Sequence record: NZ_CP011600.1
Direction: 5' to 3' (one strand)
Origin: a plasmid
DNA: 64,000 nt
Shown: in pieces, positions 1 through 9,319 of the stretch
How positions within the stretch are numbered: position 1 is the stretch's first letter
Layout of the letters: each line of letters starts with the position of its first letter
Position numbers and translations under genes: made by a program
The notes under the pieces: generated by a model
Told to the model about the DNA's origin: nothing
Database searches by the model: none
Seen by the model: the letters and a program-made list of their open reading frames with translations, nothing else

Positions 1-15
1 ACATTCCAGCCCTTA

Positions 16-34
16 CATCCTCCCCGGGGGGATG
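16..34. promoter_or_regulatory. C-tract/G-tract pseudo-palindrome CATCCTCCCCGGGGGGATG; candidate RcnR/NcrB-type operator about 50 bp upstream of the His-rich ORF
   Basis: Seen in sequence. Same ATCCCCC-N-GGGGGAT architecture as the sites at 2441, 5375 and 5434. Confidence 0.4.
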
Positions 35-83
35 CTAATCTTTTTATACCGTTGTCATTGTCTATTGAGGAAAGCAATCAGCG

Positions 84-455
84 ATGTACCCGATGTTTAA
101 ACGTTCGCCCCGTTATGTTCTGATGATCGTCATCATGGCCATTGGCATGATGATGTCGTCGATGGTGACGTTTGCGTCGCACGGTACAAACGGCCTGACA
201 GGCTACGAGATGAATCTGCATGACGCAGAAGTCACCATGTCAATGCAGGATCACTCTCACGATTCGGATATCCCTCAGTCTGGCCACGCAGGCCATCATC
301 AGACAGACCATTTCCATGAAACCCCTGAGCAGCCGCCCTCTGTAGAGATTTCCCTCTCTCCTGTAACAGACAGATGGTTGCCGCTTGCCGATCTTCGTAG
401 CCCGGTTAAGGCCACGGACATCATTTACCGTCCTCCCAGCATCCGCCAGATCTGA
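84..455 (+). CDS. His-rich hypothetical protein with a hydrophobic N-terminus; possible periplasmic metal-binding protein
   Basis: ORF track. N-terminal hydrophobic segment, then many His residues and HxH motifs. Preceded by a palindrome of the same type as those in the ncr cluster. Confidence 0.35.
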   Translation: MYPMFKRSPRYVLMIVIMAIGMMMSSMVTFASHGTNGLTGYEMNLHDAEVTMSMQDHSHDSDIPQSGHAGHHQTDHFHETPEQPPSVEISLSPVTDRWLPLADLRSPVKATDIIYRPPSIRQI

Positions 456-517
456 TCGCTGTTACCGGCAGTTTTTGCTGCCCGGCTTTAATCAACTTCA
501 GATTTAGCGGAGAGGCT

Positions 518-1438
518 ATGTATAAAGACTCTATCCAGGCGCGTCGAGAGATTGCGCGTAATTTCACTGCACTCAATTATCGTGTTGATCCCCTGCACTG
601 GCAGACGCTCTGCATGGGCGTTAATCGCGACCTTCAGGCCAAAAAAATGCGTCCGAATGTCCCGGTTCCTTCACGGCGTAAAGTCATTCCGTTCCTGAAA
701 ATGATGCATCAGGAAACGGGCTCGATGCTCAAAGCGATCCTTGCCTTTGGCTTTGATGGCCCCTGGACATCCAGCGGCGGTTCATTTCGCCTGGCGCGAG
801 AAATTGGGTTCGACATCGCCCACTATGCGAAAAACATTCACCACAAAAACGGGAAAGTCACCTTCCTGGAAATTGGTGCCGCCTGGGCGGGTTTTCGCGC
901 TGAGGAATGTGCCGGCCATCAGGCGACGATTTCCGGGCTTTCCGGGGAGTTCAGGGAGCAACTTGGGGAAAGCGTATTCCTGCACTTCACTAATCTCACA
1001 CCGTGGCATGCATCGCTGCCAAAAGGCGTGACTGAGCATCCTTACGTGACAGCAGCCGGGCTGGGAGCGCTGGAAAACAGAGGTGTTCAGGCAGGTGAGG
1101 TCGATATTATCTACTCCCAGGCAGCGGCCTATTTCGAACAGGATTACACGGCTTTCCTTCGCAGCGCTGCACGCCTGCTGAAAGAGGATGGCGTCCTGAT
1201 CTTCAACCATGACCCTGTTCTGGCGAGCGCGATGGATGAAGTCGCCTGGGAGCACGGACTGCGGCTGGTCAGACGTAAGCAAATGGGAGGAATGAATGGC
1301 GCGATTGCCCGTTATCACCGGCTTCGTTCGTCCCCGGTAAGTCAGATGGTCTTCCCCGGCGTAAAGCGGGCAGAGGATGAAGAAGTGGTCTGTGAATCAC
1401 TGGTTATGTCGGCGCTTCGTCGCAACGTAGAGGTGTAA
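518..1438 (+). CDS. hypothetical protein
   Basis: 306-aa ORF with no recognisable catalytic motifs. A weak G-rich loop (LEIGAAWAG) could mark a Rossmann-like fold. Confidence 0.4.
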   Translation: MYKDSIQARREIARNFTALNYRVDPLHWQTLCMGVNRDLQAKKMRPNVPVPSRRKVIPFLKMMHQETGSMLKAILAFGFDGPWTSSGGSFRLAREIGFDIAHYAKNIHHKNGKVTFLEIGAAWAGFRAEECAGHQATISGLSGEFREQLGESVFLHFTNLTPWHASLPKGVTEHPYVTAAGLGALENRGVQAGEVDIIYSQAAAYFEQDYTAFLRSAARLLKEDGVLIFNHDPVLASAMDEVAWEHGLRLVRRKQMGGMNGAIARYHRLRSSPVSQMVFPGVKRAEDEEVVCESLVMSALRRNVEV

Positions 1439-1446
1439 CGCCCGAT

Positions 1447-2250
1447 ATGTTGACGCGCAGACATTTTCTCACCACCACAGGAGCGTTGCTGATGACAACA
1501 TTACTGCCGGGGGAAACCCTGGCAGCCTCTCTGGCTGAAAAAGTCAGTGAAACATGGCAAAAAATAAACACCCGCCGCAATCAACAAGAGGCGATAACGC
1601 CGGGCTGGGTTTTGCAGTCGCTCGGGCTTAAACCTGGCTCAACTGAACTGCGAAGAGCCATTTTTGAGCTGGTCAGGCGGATACCCTATCAGCTCGGTGC
1701 ATGGAATGGCGAAAGCATGAGTCTGTTTCAGCAGGGCTTTGGCGACTGCCGTCATAAAGCCGCTGCTGCCGAACGACTGCTGACCGATGGTGGCATTACG
1801 GCAAAGCGAAAGCTGGTGCGGTTTGACTGGGCTGATTTGCCTGTACCTGCGGATATTCTGGCAATTTTGCCGCAAACACAGGGATTTCATGACACTGTGG
1901 CTTTTGAGCTACAGGGCAAAACATACCTGTTTGATGCCACCTGGGATATGGCCTTGCGCGGAGCGGGTTTCCCGGTGATGCCTTCCTGGGATGGCAACTC
2001 TGATACCTGGCCGGTGACTTCCCGGATGTCGACGCAGCAAACCGTACTAATGCCGCAGCCAGGGCAGGACATTTACAGCACTAACCAGATGAGCTGGCCG
2101 CAGCGCGAGAAAACCATGGCGTTTAATCAGGCACTGAATAACTGGCTGGAGGTCATTCGGGCTAACCGTGATGACTGGTGCACCATTATCCATAGTGATA
2201 TTGAAGCCACCCGGTTGAGCCTGAAAACCTGTCTGGGACAACTGAGTTAA
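1447..2250 (+). CDS. Tat-signal transglutaminase-like cysteine peptidase superfamily protein
   Basis: N-terminal twin-arginine motif RRHFLTTTGALLM...LAAS. Cys (GDCRHKAAAAERLL), His (GFHDTV) and Asp (LFDATWD) spaced as in the transglutaminase-like core. Confidence 0.5.
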   Translation: MLTRRHFLTTTGALLMTTLLPGETLAASLAEKVSETWQKINTRRNQQEAITPGWVLQSLGLKPGSTELRRAIFELVRRIPYQLGAWNGESMSLFQQGFGDCRHKAAAAERLLTDGGITAKRKLVRFDWADLPVPADILAILPQTQGFHDTVAFELQGKTYLFDATWDMALRGAGFPVMPSWDGNSDTWPVTSRMSTQQTVLMPQPGQDIYSTNQMSWPQREKTMAFNQALNNWLEVIRANRDDWCTIIHSDIEATRLSLKTCLGQLS

Positions 2251-2440
2251 TTCCCTTCTCGTCAGGAGGGGCTGCGCAGGGAAGCGGCGATAACACCTTC
2301 GACACTTTTTATGCTGCTTCAGGTATAACGCTGGGATACCTGAAGCTTTTTTATTTAACATCCAAGATAACAGACGAATCAGTATCCTCCTCACCCGGAT
2401 AAAGCTTGTCATTTTTTTCAGGTCCCTCTATGCTTTGAAT

Positions 2441-2457
2441 ATCCCCCTGGGGGGGAT
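2441..2457. promoter_or_regulatory. ATCCCCCTGGGGGGGAT pseudo-palindrome about 25 bp upstream of the MFS gene; candidate RcnR-family operator
   Basis: Seen in sequence. RcnR-type repressors bind TACT-G6-N-AGTA-like G/C-tract sites (established knowledge). Confidence 0.45.
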
Positions 2458-2483
2458 GTGATTTCAAACCAAGAGATTTCCTG

Positions 2484-3782
2484 ATGCTCAACATTCTTTC
2501 TAATCGTACCTATCGCCACCTGTTTATGGCACAGGTTATCGCCCTTATTGGCACCGGTCTGGCGACCGTTGCGTTAGGGTTACTGGCCTACGATCTCGCA
2601 GGTGACAGAGCCGGGGCAGTGCTGGGTACCGCGCTGGCTATCAAAATGAGCGCCTATATTCTTGTTGCGCCCGTGGCGGCGGCTTTTGCCGATAAATTCC
2701 CGCGTCGCACCATGCTGGTAACACTGGACCTGGTTCGCGCTCTCGTGGCTATCACGCTGCCTTTTGTCACCCAGATATGGGAAATCTACATCCTGATCTT
2801 CATTCTTCAGGCTGCCTCGGCGGCGTTTACGCCTACTTTCCAGGCAACTATCCCGGATATTCTTCCTGACGAACGTGAATATACCCGGGCGCTGTCTCTG
2901 TCACGTCTGGCCTACGATCTTGAAAGCGTCATCAGCCCTATGCTGGCGGCTGCACTGCTGACGGTCATGAGTTTCCACAACCTGTTTGCCGGTACGGCAG
3001 TCGGGTTCCTTGCTTCAGCAGCTCTGGTTGTTTCCGTGACACTGCCGAAGATGAAAGCGTTAACGGTCAAACGCAGCATCTATGACAAAACTACACGAGG
3101 TATGCGCATCTTCCTGAAAACGCCCAGACTGCGCGGCCTGCTGGCACTCAACATGGCCGTAGCGGCAGCGAGTGCAATGGTTATCGTCAACACCGTCGTT
3201 CTGGTTCAGGCGGACTTTGGTTTCTCACAGCGGTCTACCGCTATTGCGCTGGCCTTCTTCGGCGTGGGGTCCATGGTATCGGCCCTGGTTCTCCCCAGAC
3301 TCCTCGACAACATGAGCGACCGTATGCCGATGCTTGCAGGTACGGCGCTTTTAGTCATTGGCCTGGGGTCAGGCATTTTCCTGAAGGATTACATCACGCT
3401 GGTTGTGCTCTGGGCACTGCTGGGGGTGGGCTATTCACTTTCTCAGACACCGGGTGGTCGCCTGCTGCGCCGTTCGTCAACAGCGGAAGACAGACCGGCG
3501 CTGTTTGCCGCCCAGTTTGCACTGTCACATTCATGCTGGCTGGTGACTTATCCGCTGGCCGGATGGGTTGGTGCGGCATGGGGGACACAGGCTTCATTCA
3601 TCGCCCTGACTGTTGTGGCAACATTGTCGCTGGTCACCGCCGTACTTATCTGGCGTCCTGAGCATGAAGTGTACGCTCAGGTTCACAGCCACAAAGACCC
3701 GGAAACAAACAACGAATCGACCCATGAGCATGATTTCGTCATTGACGATGAACATCCGTCCTGGCCGAAGAAAGAGAAGTAA
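2484..3782 (+). CDS. ncrA: MFS transporter, NcrA-like putative Ni/Co efflux
   Basis: 432 aa with about 12 predicted TM helices. First gene of an MFS / RcnR-like / NicO-like arrangement. Confidence 0.7.
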   Translation: MLNILSNRTYRHLFMAQVIALIGTGLATVALGLLAYDLAGDRAGAVLGTALAIKMSAYILVAPVAAAFADKFPRRTMLVTLDLVRALVAITLPFVTQIWEIYILIFILQAASAAFTPTFQATIPDILPDEREYTRALSLSRLAYDLESVISPMLAAALLTVMSFHNLFAGTAVGFLASAALVVSVTLPKMKALTVKRSIYDKTTRGMRIFLKTPRLRGLLALNMAVAAASAMVIVNTVVLVQADFGFSQRSTAIALAFFGVGSMVSALVLPRLLDNMSDRMPMLAGTALLVIGLGSGIFLKDYITLVVLWALLGVGYSLSQTPGGRLLRRSSTAEDRPALFAAQFALSHSCWLVTYPLAGWVGAAWGTQASFIALTVVATLSLVTAVLIWRPEHEVYAQVHSHKDPETNNESTHEHDFVIDDEHPSWPKKEK

Positions 3783-3887
3783 TTTCCCAAAAAAAGACAA
3801 CGTATCAGGAGAGGATAAGCCGATAAAAAGTGTGACCATGGCGTTGATACACATTATCTTATCCCTTCCACCTGGAGAGGATAAACC

Positions 3888-4157
3888 ATGACCGTTCATG
3901 CATCACACCCTGACATTATTAAAAGACTTAAACGTGCCGCAGGGCACCTGAAAAGTACCATCCAGATGCTCGAAGATGAGAAAGCATGTCTGGATATCGC
4001 CCAGCAACTGCACGCTGTGGAAAAGGCGATAACGAATGCGAAGCGTACCTTAATTCATGACCATCTGGATCACTGCCTGGAGGATGCCCTTCATGCTGAC
4101 CACACGGAGTCTGATAAGACGCTTAGCGAATTTAAAGAGATAACTAAATATCTTTAA
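3888..4157 (+). CDS. ncrB: RcnR/FrmR/CsoR-family metal-responsive transcriptional repressor
   Basis: 89 aa with typical RcnR-like sequence (HPDIIKRLKRAAGHLKSTIQMLEDEKACLDIAQQLHAVEKA..IHDHLDHC) and conserved His/Cys metal ligands. Confidence 0.8.
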   Translation: MTVHASHPDIIKRLKRAAGHLKSTIQMLEDEKACLDIAQQLHAVEKAITNAKRTLIHDHLDHCLEDALHADHTESDKTLSEFKEITKYL

Positions 4158-4169
4158 GGCAAGCGAAAC

Positions 4170-5300
4170 ATGACTGATTTTTCCACTCTTTTACAGCAAG
4201 GCGTGGCCAATGCCTGGCTGTTCATCCCCAGCGCTATTTTGCTCGGTGCGCTTCACGGACTGGAGCCAGGGCATTCCAAAACGATGATGGCCGCCTTTAT
4301 TGTGGCCATCCGGGGAACGGTCAAGCAAGCGGTATTACTGGGGCTTGCCGCGACAATTTCTCATACGTCTGTTGTCTGGCTCATTGCGTTCGGCGGAATG
4401 TATATCAGTCAGAAATTCACTGCTGAATCAGCCGAACCCTGGTTTCAGCTGATTTCCGCCGTCATCATTCTCGGTACGGCGGCATGGATGTTCTGGCGAA
4501 CCTGGCGCGGCGAAAAGCTGTGGAAGATGGAGCAGGAAGAGGAACACAGCCACGGTCATCACGATCATGACGAAACCCGCATCATCGATACGGGCCATGG
4601 CAGCGTTGAACTCTCGATTTTCGAAGAAGGACAACCCCCTCACTGGCGTTTACGCTCGCTCAGCGGCAAGAAATGGGAAGCTCGCGACATTTCTCTGGTG
4701 ACCAACCGTGGTCCAGGGACATTTTCACAGGTATTTGATTTCGTCGAAAAAGACGGGTTTATGGAATCGGCCCTGGCGATCCCGGAGCCACACAGCTTTG
4801 ATGTTCGCCTGTCTTTAGGCCATCGCGGCCATGTGCATGATTATGATGTGGAATTCCGTGAACATGAACACGACCACGATCATTCCTCGCTGGAAGGTCT
4901 GGATGTTAATTCTCGCGAATATCAGGATGCTCACGAAAAAGCGCATGCGAACGACATCAAAAAACGTTTTGCGAATCGCAGCGTAACCACCGGACAAATA
5001 ATCCTGTTCGGCCTGACCGGCGGCCTTATTCCTTGCCCGGCAGCCATTACCGTTTTGCTGCTCTGCATCCAGGTGAAGGAATTTACGCTCGGTGCCGCGC
5101 TGGTACTGTGTTTCAGCATCGGTTTAGCGATCACGCTGGTTTCAGTGGGCGCAGCGGCGGCTTTCAGCGTTCGTCAGGCAACCAAACGCTGGAGTGGCCT
5201 GGATACGCTGGCGCGGCGGGCTCCATACTTCTCAAGCGTACTGATTGCACTTGTCGGCATTTACATGGGCTATCACGGCTGGATCGGCGTAACGAGCTGA
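4170..5300 (+). CDS. ncrC: NicO/RcnA-family nickel/cobalt efflux permease with His-rich cytoplasmic loop
   Basis: HGLEPGHSKTMMAAF motif, His-rich loop (EEEHSHGHHDHDE, HEHDHDH) and C-terminal TM helices, as in RcnA. Confidence 0.85.
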   Translation: MTDFSTLLQQGVANAWLFIPSAILLGALHGLEPGHSKTMMAAFIVAIRGTVKQAVLLGLAATISHTSVVWLIAFGGMYISQKFTAESAEPWFQLISAVIILGTAAWMFWRTWRGEKLWKMEQEEEHSHGHHDHDETRIIDTGHGSVELSIFEEGQPPHWRLRSLSGKKWEARDISLVTNRGPGTFSQVFDFVEKDGFMESALAIPEPHSFDVRLSLGHRGHVHDYDVEFREHEHDHDHSSLEGLDVNSREYQDAHEKAHANDIKKRFANRSVTTGQIILFGLTGGLIPCPAAITVLLLCIQVKEFTLGAALVLCFSIGLAITLVSVGAAAAFSVRQATKRWSGLDTLARRAPYFSSVLIALVGIYMGYHGWIGVTS

Positions 5301-5321
5301 TTTTCTCCTGTATGAATCTCA

Positions 5322-5345
5322 CGCCTGAACCCACCAACCGGTGGG
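5322..5345 (+). terminator. Rho-independent terminator after ncrC
   Basis: cccaccaaccggtggg stem followed by ttttat. Confidence 0.45.
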
Positions 5346-5374
5346 TTTTATATTTCTGAAGCCCATCATATTTT

Positions 5375-5393
5375 TATCCCCCTGCCGGGGATA
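5375..5393. promoter_or_regulatory. TATCCCCCTGCCGGGGATA palindrome; candidate RcnR-family operator
   Basis: Seen in sequence. Perfect 7-bp arms. Confidence 0.4.
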
Positions 5394-5433
5394 GGAATTG
5401 AGCTTTTATAGCCGCTCATTTATCATCGACAAT

Positions 5434-5449
5434 ATCCCCCATGGGGGAT
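5434..5449. promoter_or_regulatory. ATCCCCCATGGGGGAT perfect palindrome about 12 bp upstream of the BOF gene; candidate RcnR-family operator
   Basis: Seen in sequence. Confidence 0.45.
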
Positions 5450-5461
5450 GTAAAATTATAA

Positions 5462-5884
5462 ATGGAATCTGCTATGCAAAAACAATATTTCAGTCAGTTC
5501 GTCACCGGAGTGTTACTCACTTCGTTCATCGCCATTCCTGCTCTGGCAGCGCAAGGTGGCTTCTCCGCAGAGAAAGAGCCTGTCGTCACTGAGCACATGT
5601 ATGCCGGTCATAAAGTTCAGCAGGAGAATAGTCAAAGCCGGATTCAGATCGTATCGTCAATGCACGAAGGGGCGTGGATCACACTGGAAGGCAATGTTGT
5701 CAGCCAGCAGCAGGACGAGTGGTATACGTTCCGCGACCCAACCGGTACCATCAAAGTCCGCATCCCGCAGAAAGTCTGGAACGGGCAGCACTTCGATGCT
5801 CAGGACCTGGTACGGGTCAGTGGACCGGTAAGCCATGAAAATGATGGTTCAATTTTATATGTTGCAGTTATCAGCAAACCCTAA
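5462..5884 (+). CDS. BOF (YgiW/YdeI) family periplasmic OB-fold protein, possibly NcrY-like
   Basis: Signal peptide plus C-terminal OB-fold segment typical of the YgiW/BOF family (WYTFRDPTGTIKVRIPQKVWNG). Confidence 0.6.
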   Translation: MESAMQKQYFSQFVTGVLLTSFIAIPALAAQGGFSAEKEPVVTEHMYAGHKVQQENSQSRIQIVSSMHEGAWITLEGNVVSQQQDEWYTFRDPTGTIKVRIPQKVWNGQHFDAQDLVRVSGPVSHENDGSILYVAVISKP

Positions 5885-6084
5885 AACACAATTCTGACGG
5901 GCTATGTTTTTTTATATATATAGTTCGTCAACCAAACGTCCGCTTCTCGCTCTTAGCGGACATTAGCATAGGCTATTTACCATAACGCCGCATTACGCGC
6001 ACCGCCCAGACTGACTCAGCGCGTTTCTGGCATATCCCCGGTAAAACAAGTAACAAACCACCCGAAAATGAACACCAGAAACGC

Positions 6085-7665
6085 GACTTAAGAATCTACC
6101 CTATGAATGGATATGCACTCAACCGAATCGATCTTGGTTTCAATCTTTTTTATCGGGATCAGGCTTCTTTTTAGGTAACTTCGGGGGCTTAACTTGCTGA
6201 TGACTTTGCGTTCGGCGCGTAAGCCAGGGATGGTCAGCTTTAGGTTTAACATAGTATTTTGAGCGTAAATCAATACGGGCATTATCCACTCGTTCATGGA
6301 CACTCTTTTCATCATCCAGTGGTATAGGCTCCGGGCCATCAACATACTTTTCCCAGCCCAGCGCTTTCCCGTCATACAGAACGTTAATTTCACCGTCAAA
6401 GTTCTCGCATACAGTAACAACCGAATGCCTAAGTCGATATCCCCGGCCCTCACTGCGTACCTGAAACGCACTGCTTTTGTACTGGAAAGTGAGATTTTTA
6501 GACAGAACGCGCTTCGCCTGTAGGCTGAAGATATAACCCAGTTCCTCTTCAGAATGGTGCACATCAAGATGAGCATTATCAGTAGTACGAGGCGACGTAG
6601 CGAACCGGTTGTTATAGGCTTCAATAAAGGTCGGCAACCATGCATTTGCTGTTTCAATATCACTGATATTCTGAAGCCGCATTTCTTTGACCAGCCTGTC
6701 CTGTAGTGTCTGATTGGCGCGCTCTACCCGCCCTTTTGCCTGCGGGCTGTTGGCATGGATTGGCTCGATGCCCAGTGTCTTTATCGCACGAGTGAACTGG
6801 GTCAGCTCACCTTCCCGCTCTGGGTTATTTACCCTGAATATACTGTGTCTATCAGAGTAGAGAGCGAGCGGTACGCCATGATCATTAAGGTAACCCCGGA
6901 GGGTTTCCATGTAAGCCCGGGTTGTTTCAGCAGGCACAAAACGCAACGCCATCAACGCACTGGTGGCATCATCAATGAAAACGATCAGTGTACATCTGGG
7001 GCCTCGATTTTCAAACCAGTCATGAGGTGAGCCATCAATCTGGATCAGTTCACCGTAAGATGGTCGTCGCATGCGGCGTTGATATATACGGGCAATTTTA
7101 CGACGGCGTTCACGCCATAACCCCTCTTCTATCATCCACTTTCTGAGAGTTTCAACGGATAAAGATAAACCGTGTATCTCGCGCAATTTTTCGCACGCAA
7201 ACGTAGGTCCAAAATCAGCGTAACGGCCTTTGAGGAGTGAAATTACTGTTGCTCTGAATTCAGTAGAAAAGGAATTATTAGGACGCTTTCCACGTCGGTG
7301 GGAAACCAGACCAGAAGGCCCTTCATTTCTATACCGTTGCACCAGACGTTTAACCTGCCGAATAGAAATGCCAATGCGTGCCGCAGCTTGTTCCTGAGTA
7401 ATATGTCGATTAATTGACTCCTGAATAATCTGAAGTCGGTGGAGTTCCTTATGACTCATCGTAACAGTCTCTTTGATCATGAAAAATCCCCCAGAGAATT
7501 GTCTGGGGACATTTTAGAATGGTTCAAAGGGGACATTACAGCTTGGTGTTAACACATAGCTGACTTCTCCTTGCCTTTCGGCAGGTAAGCGGCTAATCTG
7601 TTGGTGTCTAGTCATACAGATTAAGCCTCGGGTTAATTGAAAAAATTACTCGGGGCTTTCTGCTT
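6085..7665 (-). mobile_element. Insertion sequence, ISNCY family (IS1202 group)-like; boundaries approximate
   Basis: Single 446-aa transposase with N-terminal HTH and a DDE integrase core. Weak direct similarity between the flanks at about 6040-6080 and 7670-7715. Inverted repeats could not be located with confidence. Confidence 0.45.
6140..7480 (-). CDS. DDE transposase (integrase core domain), ISNCY/IS1202-group-like
   Basis: N-terminal HTH (ISIRQVKRLVQRYRNEG), then an rve-type DDE domain (VFIDDATS, DRHSIF, E residues). Length matches IS1202-group transposases. Confidence 0.75.
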   Translation of the reverse strand: MIKETVTMSHKELHRLQIIQESINRHITQEQAAARIGISIRQVKRLVQRYRNEGPSGLVSHRRGKRPNNSFSTEFRATVISLLKGRYADFGPTFACEKLREIHGLSLSVETLRKWMIEEGLWRERRRKIARIYQRRMRRPSYGELIQIDGSPHDWFENRGPRCTLIVFIDDATSALMALRFVPAETTRAYMETLRGYLNDHGVPLALYSDRHSIFRVNNPEREGELTQFTRAIKTLGIEPIHANSPQAKGRVERANQTLQDRLVKEMRLQNISDIETANAWLPTFIEAYNNRFATSPRTTDNAHLDVHHSEEELGYIFSLQAKRVLSKNLTFQYKSSAFQVRSEGRGYRLRHSVVTVCENFDGEINVLYDGKALGWEKYVDGPEPIPLDDEKSVHERVDNARIDLRSKYYVKPKADHPWLTRRTQSHQQVKPPKLPKKKPDPDKKD

Positions 7666-7796
7666 TTTGCCTCACAACACGGCAACAAACCACCTGAACA
7701 TCATGAGGCAAAAAGCCTCAAGCGCCACCGCCATTATACCCCGGAAGTGGGTATTTTCACCAGGACTCTCCCCGATTTTCAGGCAGTTATCTGCGA

Positions 7797-8114
7797 CTAT
7801 TTTCCACTGAAATAGTCCGGCCTCGCCTCCAGTTCCCGCGCGATCAGTTCGTCAGCAAACAACGGCGCCAGCCTGTTGACCCTGCGTTCCAGATTACGCT
7901 TCCGTGTCGCGGCCTTACGCTCCGGGGACCAGCGTTTTATCTCCTCATCAGACAAAAAATCGATGCAGACTGCATAGCCACTGTTGAACGTGTGTGCCGC
8001 CAGCACCTCCGGCGGTGCAACGGCTCCCGCCGGGACGATCATCCTGATAAGTTCTTTTTCGCCGGGACAGGGCAGATGCCGCAGGGTCCAGCGCACGGAG
8101 TACATCCACTGCAT
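7797..8114 (-). CDS. hypothetical protein (leading-region island)
   Basis: ORF track. First gene of a co-directional minus-strand array. Confidence 0.4.
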   Translation of the reverse strand: MQWMYSVRWTLRHLPCPGEKELIRMIVPAGAVAPPEVLAAHTFNSGYAVCIDFLSDEEIKRWSPERKAATRKRNLERRVNRLAPLFADELIARELEARPDYFSGK

Positions 8115-8118
8115 AGCG

Positions 8119-8850
8119 TCATCCTCGTCTCATATCCCGGAGTTTATTGGGCAGGCTGAGAGAATCCAGCCAGTGTTCCGCCTCTGACCGGCCTGCCAGT
8201 GGCGCTTCCAGTTGTTTGATAATGGCCCACAGGGGTTGCCCGGAGTACAGGCAGTCATACGGCAGACCGCTGAACCGACTGCTCCAGGACTGAACCATGT
8301 CGATCAGGTCATCGTCATAAATCCCCTGTCGTTCCTGCCGCTGATACCACGCAACCAGTCCTGCGGGCGTGACAAACGCCAGATCAATTTCGGCCTGCGC
8401 CACCTGAGTCTGATAACGCCGGCGTTTCTGGTGCTGTTCTTTTTCCCGCTGTCGGCTGCGGCGCGATGCCGCCACATCGAAACGGCGATAATGCCGCTCA
8501 CGCTCCCGGAATCTGACCTCCGGGAAATACATATCCACGGTCGACCCGGACAACGGCATCGGACAGACATCCCCGCGCGTTTCAATCAGGCGGTCCAGGG
8601 CTTCAATGTATTTATCCTTGTTGTAGCCGTCCCGGCTACCCGGCTCATAACCTGACGTGGCGCACATAACATCTTTCGCGGTGATCCGGCCTGCCTGCTC
8701 CACACGCAAGCGTCTCAGTAACGCCATCGCCCAGGGAAAACGCCCCAGCCGTTTTCCTGCCATCAGGGAAGATTCAACGTCAATAATGGCAAGCTGTACG
8801 GCCTGCTGAAACGGATTAACAGCGACCAGGGAAAAGTGATTCGGGATCAT
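8119..8850 (-). CDS. hypothetical protein (leading-region island)
   Basis: 243-aa ORF. Its start overlaps the stop of 8847..9275 (ATGA), suggesting translational coupling. Confidence 0.45.
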   Translation of the reverse strand: MIPNHFSLVAVNPFQQAVQLAIIDVESSLMAGKRLGRFPWAMALLRRLRVEQAGRITAKDVMCATSGYEPGSRDGYNKDKYIEALDRLIETRGDVCPMPLSGSTVDMYFPEVRFRERERHYRRFDVAASRRSRQREKEQHQKRRRYQTQVAQAEIDLAFVTPAGLVAWYQRQERQGIYDDDLIDMVQSWSSRFSGLPYDCLYSGQPLWAIIKQLEAPLAGRSEAEHWLDSLSLPNKLRDMRRG

Positions 8851-9275
8851 GCCACCGCCTCCGCATTCAGAAAATCCGCCACCGTGGCTGCGGTACAGTG
8901 AAAGCGGTGCATCCCCGCCACCTGAGAAAGCAGGTTCGCAACCGTATCAGGCGCAAGGACATCAGCCTGGTGCAGAACGCGTACCAGTGTGCCGTCGCCG
9001 GACAGCAGAAACAGCGTCCAGGCTGGCAGCGTCTCGCCGGGACTGCACAGGCAGAGAAAGTATTCGTTGTTTTCGTCCGGCGCGTAGCGCAGCTGCACGG
9101 GGAACAGACCGCCAAACTCGCCACGGTACTCGGCGTTAACGCGCCAGCCTGCCGGGACGTTAATCAGGCACACCACCGCATCACTCAGCTGGCGGCGTGG
9201 CTCGTCGCCCTGCTCGCGGACAGCTTCCAGCTCTGCGGGGATCATCAGATTCAGGTTCTCAAGTGTGTATTTCAT
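8847..9275 (-). CDS. hypothetical protein (leading-region island)
   Basis: 142-aa ORF coupled to the downstream gene. Confidence 0.4.
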   Translation of the reverse strand: MKYTLENLNLMIPAELEAVREQGDEPRRQLSDAVVCLINVPAGWRVNAEYRGEFGGLFPVQLRYAPDENNEYFLCLCSPGETLPAWTLFLLSGDGTLVRVLHQADVLAPDTVANLLSQVAGMHRFHCTAATVADFLNAEAVA

Positions 9276-9319
9276 AGCTGTTCTCCGGGTTGCCCCCGAA
9301 GGGGCAACCGTCTCCTGAG

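Noticed and set aside
782-1318. 178-aa minus-strand ORF
   Set aside because: Entirely antisense within the longer 518..1438 ORF, with no independent support.
6088-6663. 191-aa ORF in an alternative frame
   Set aside because: Lies inside the transposase gene on the same strand in a different frame. The transposase frame has the recognisable DDE domain.
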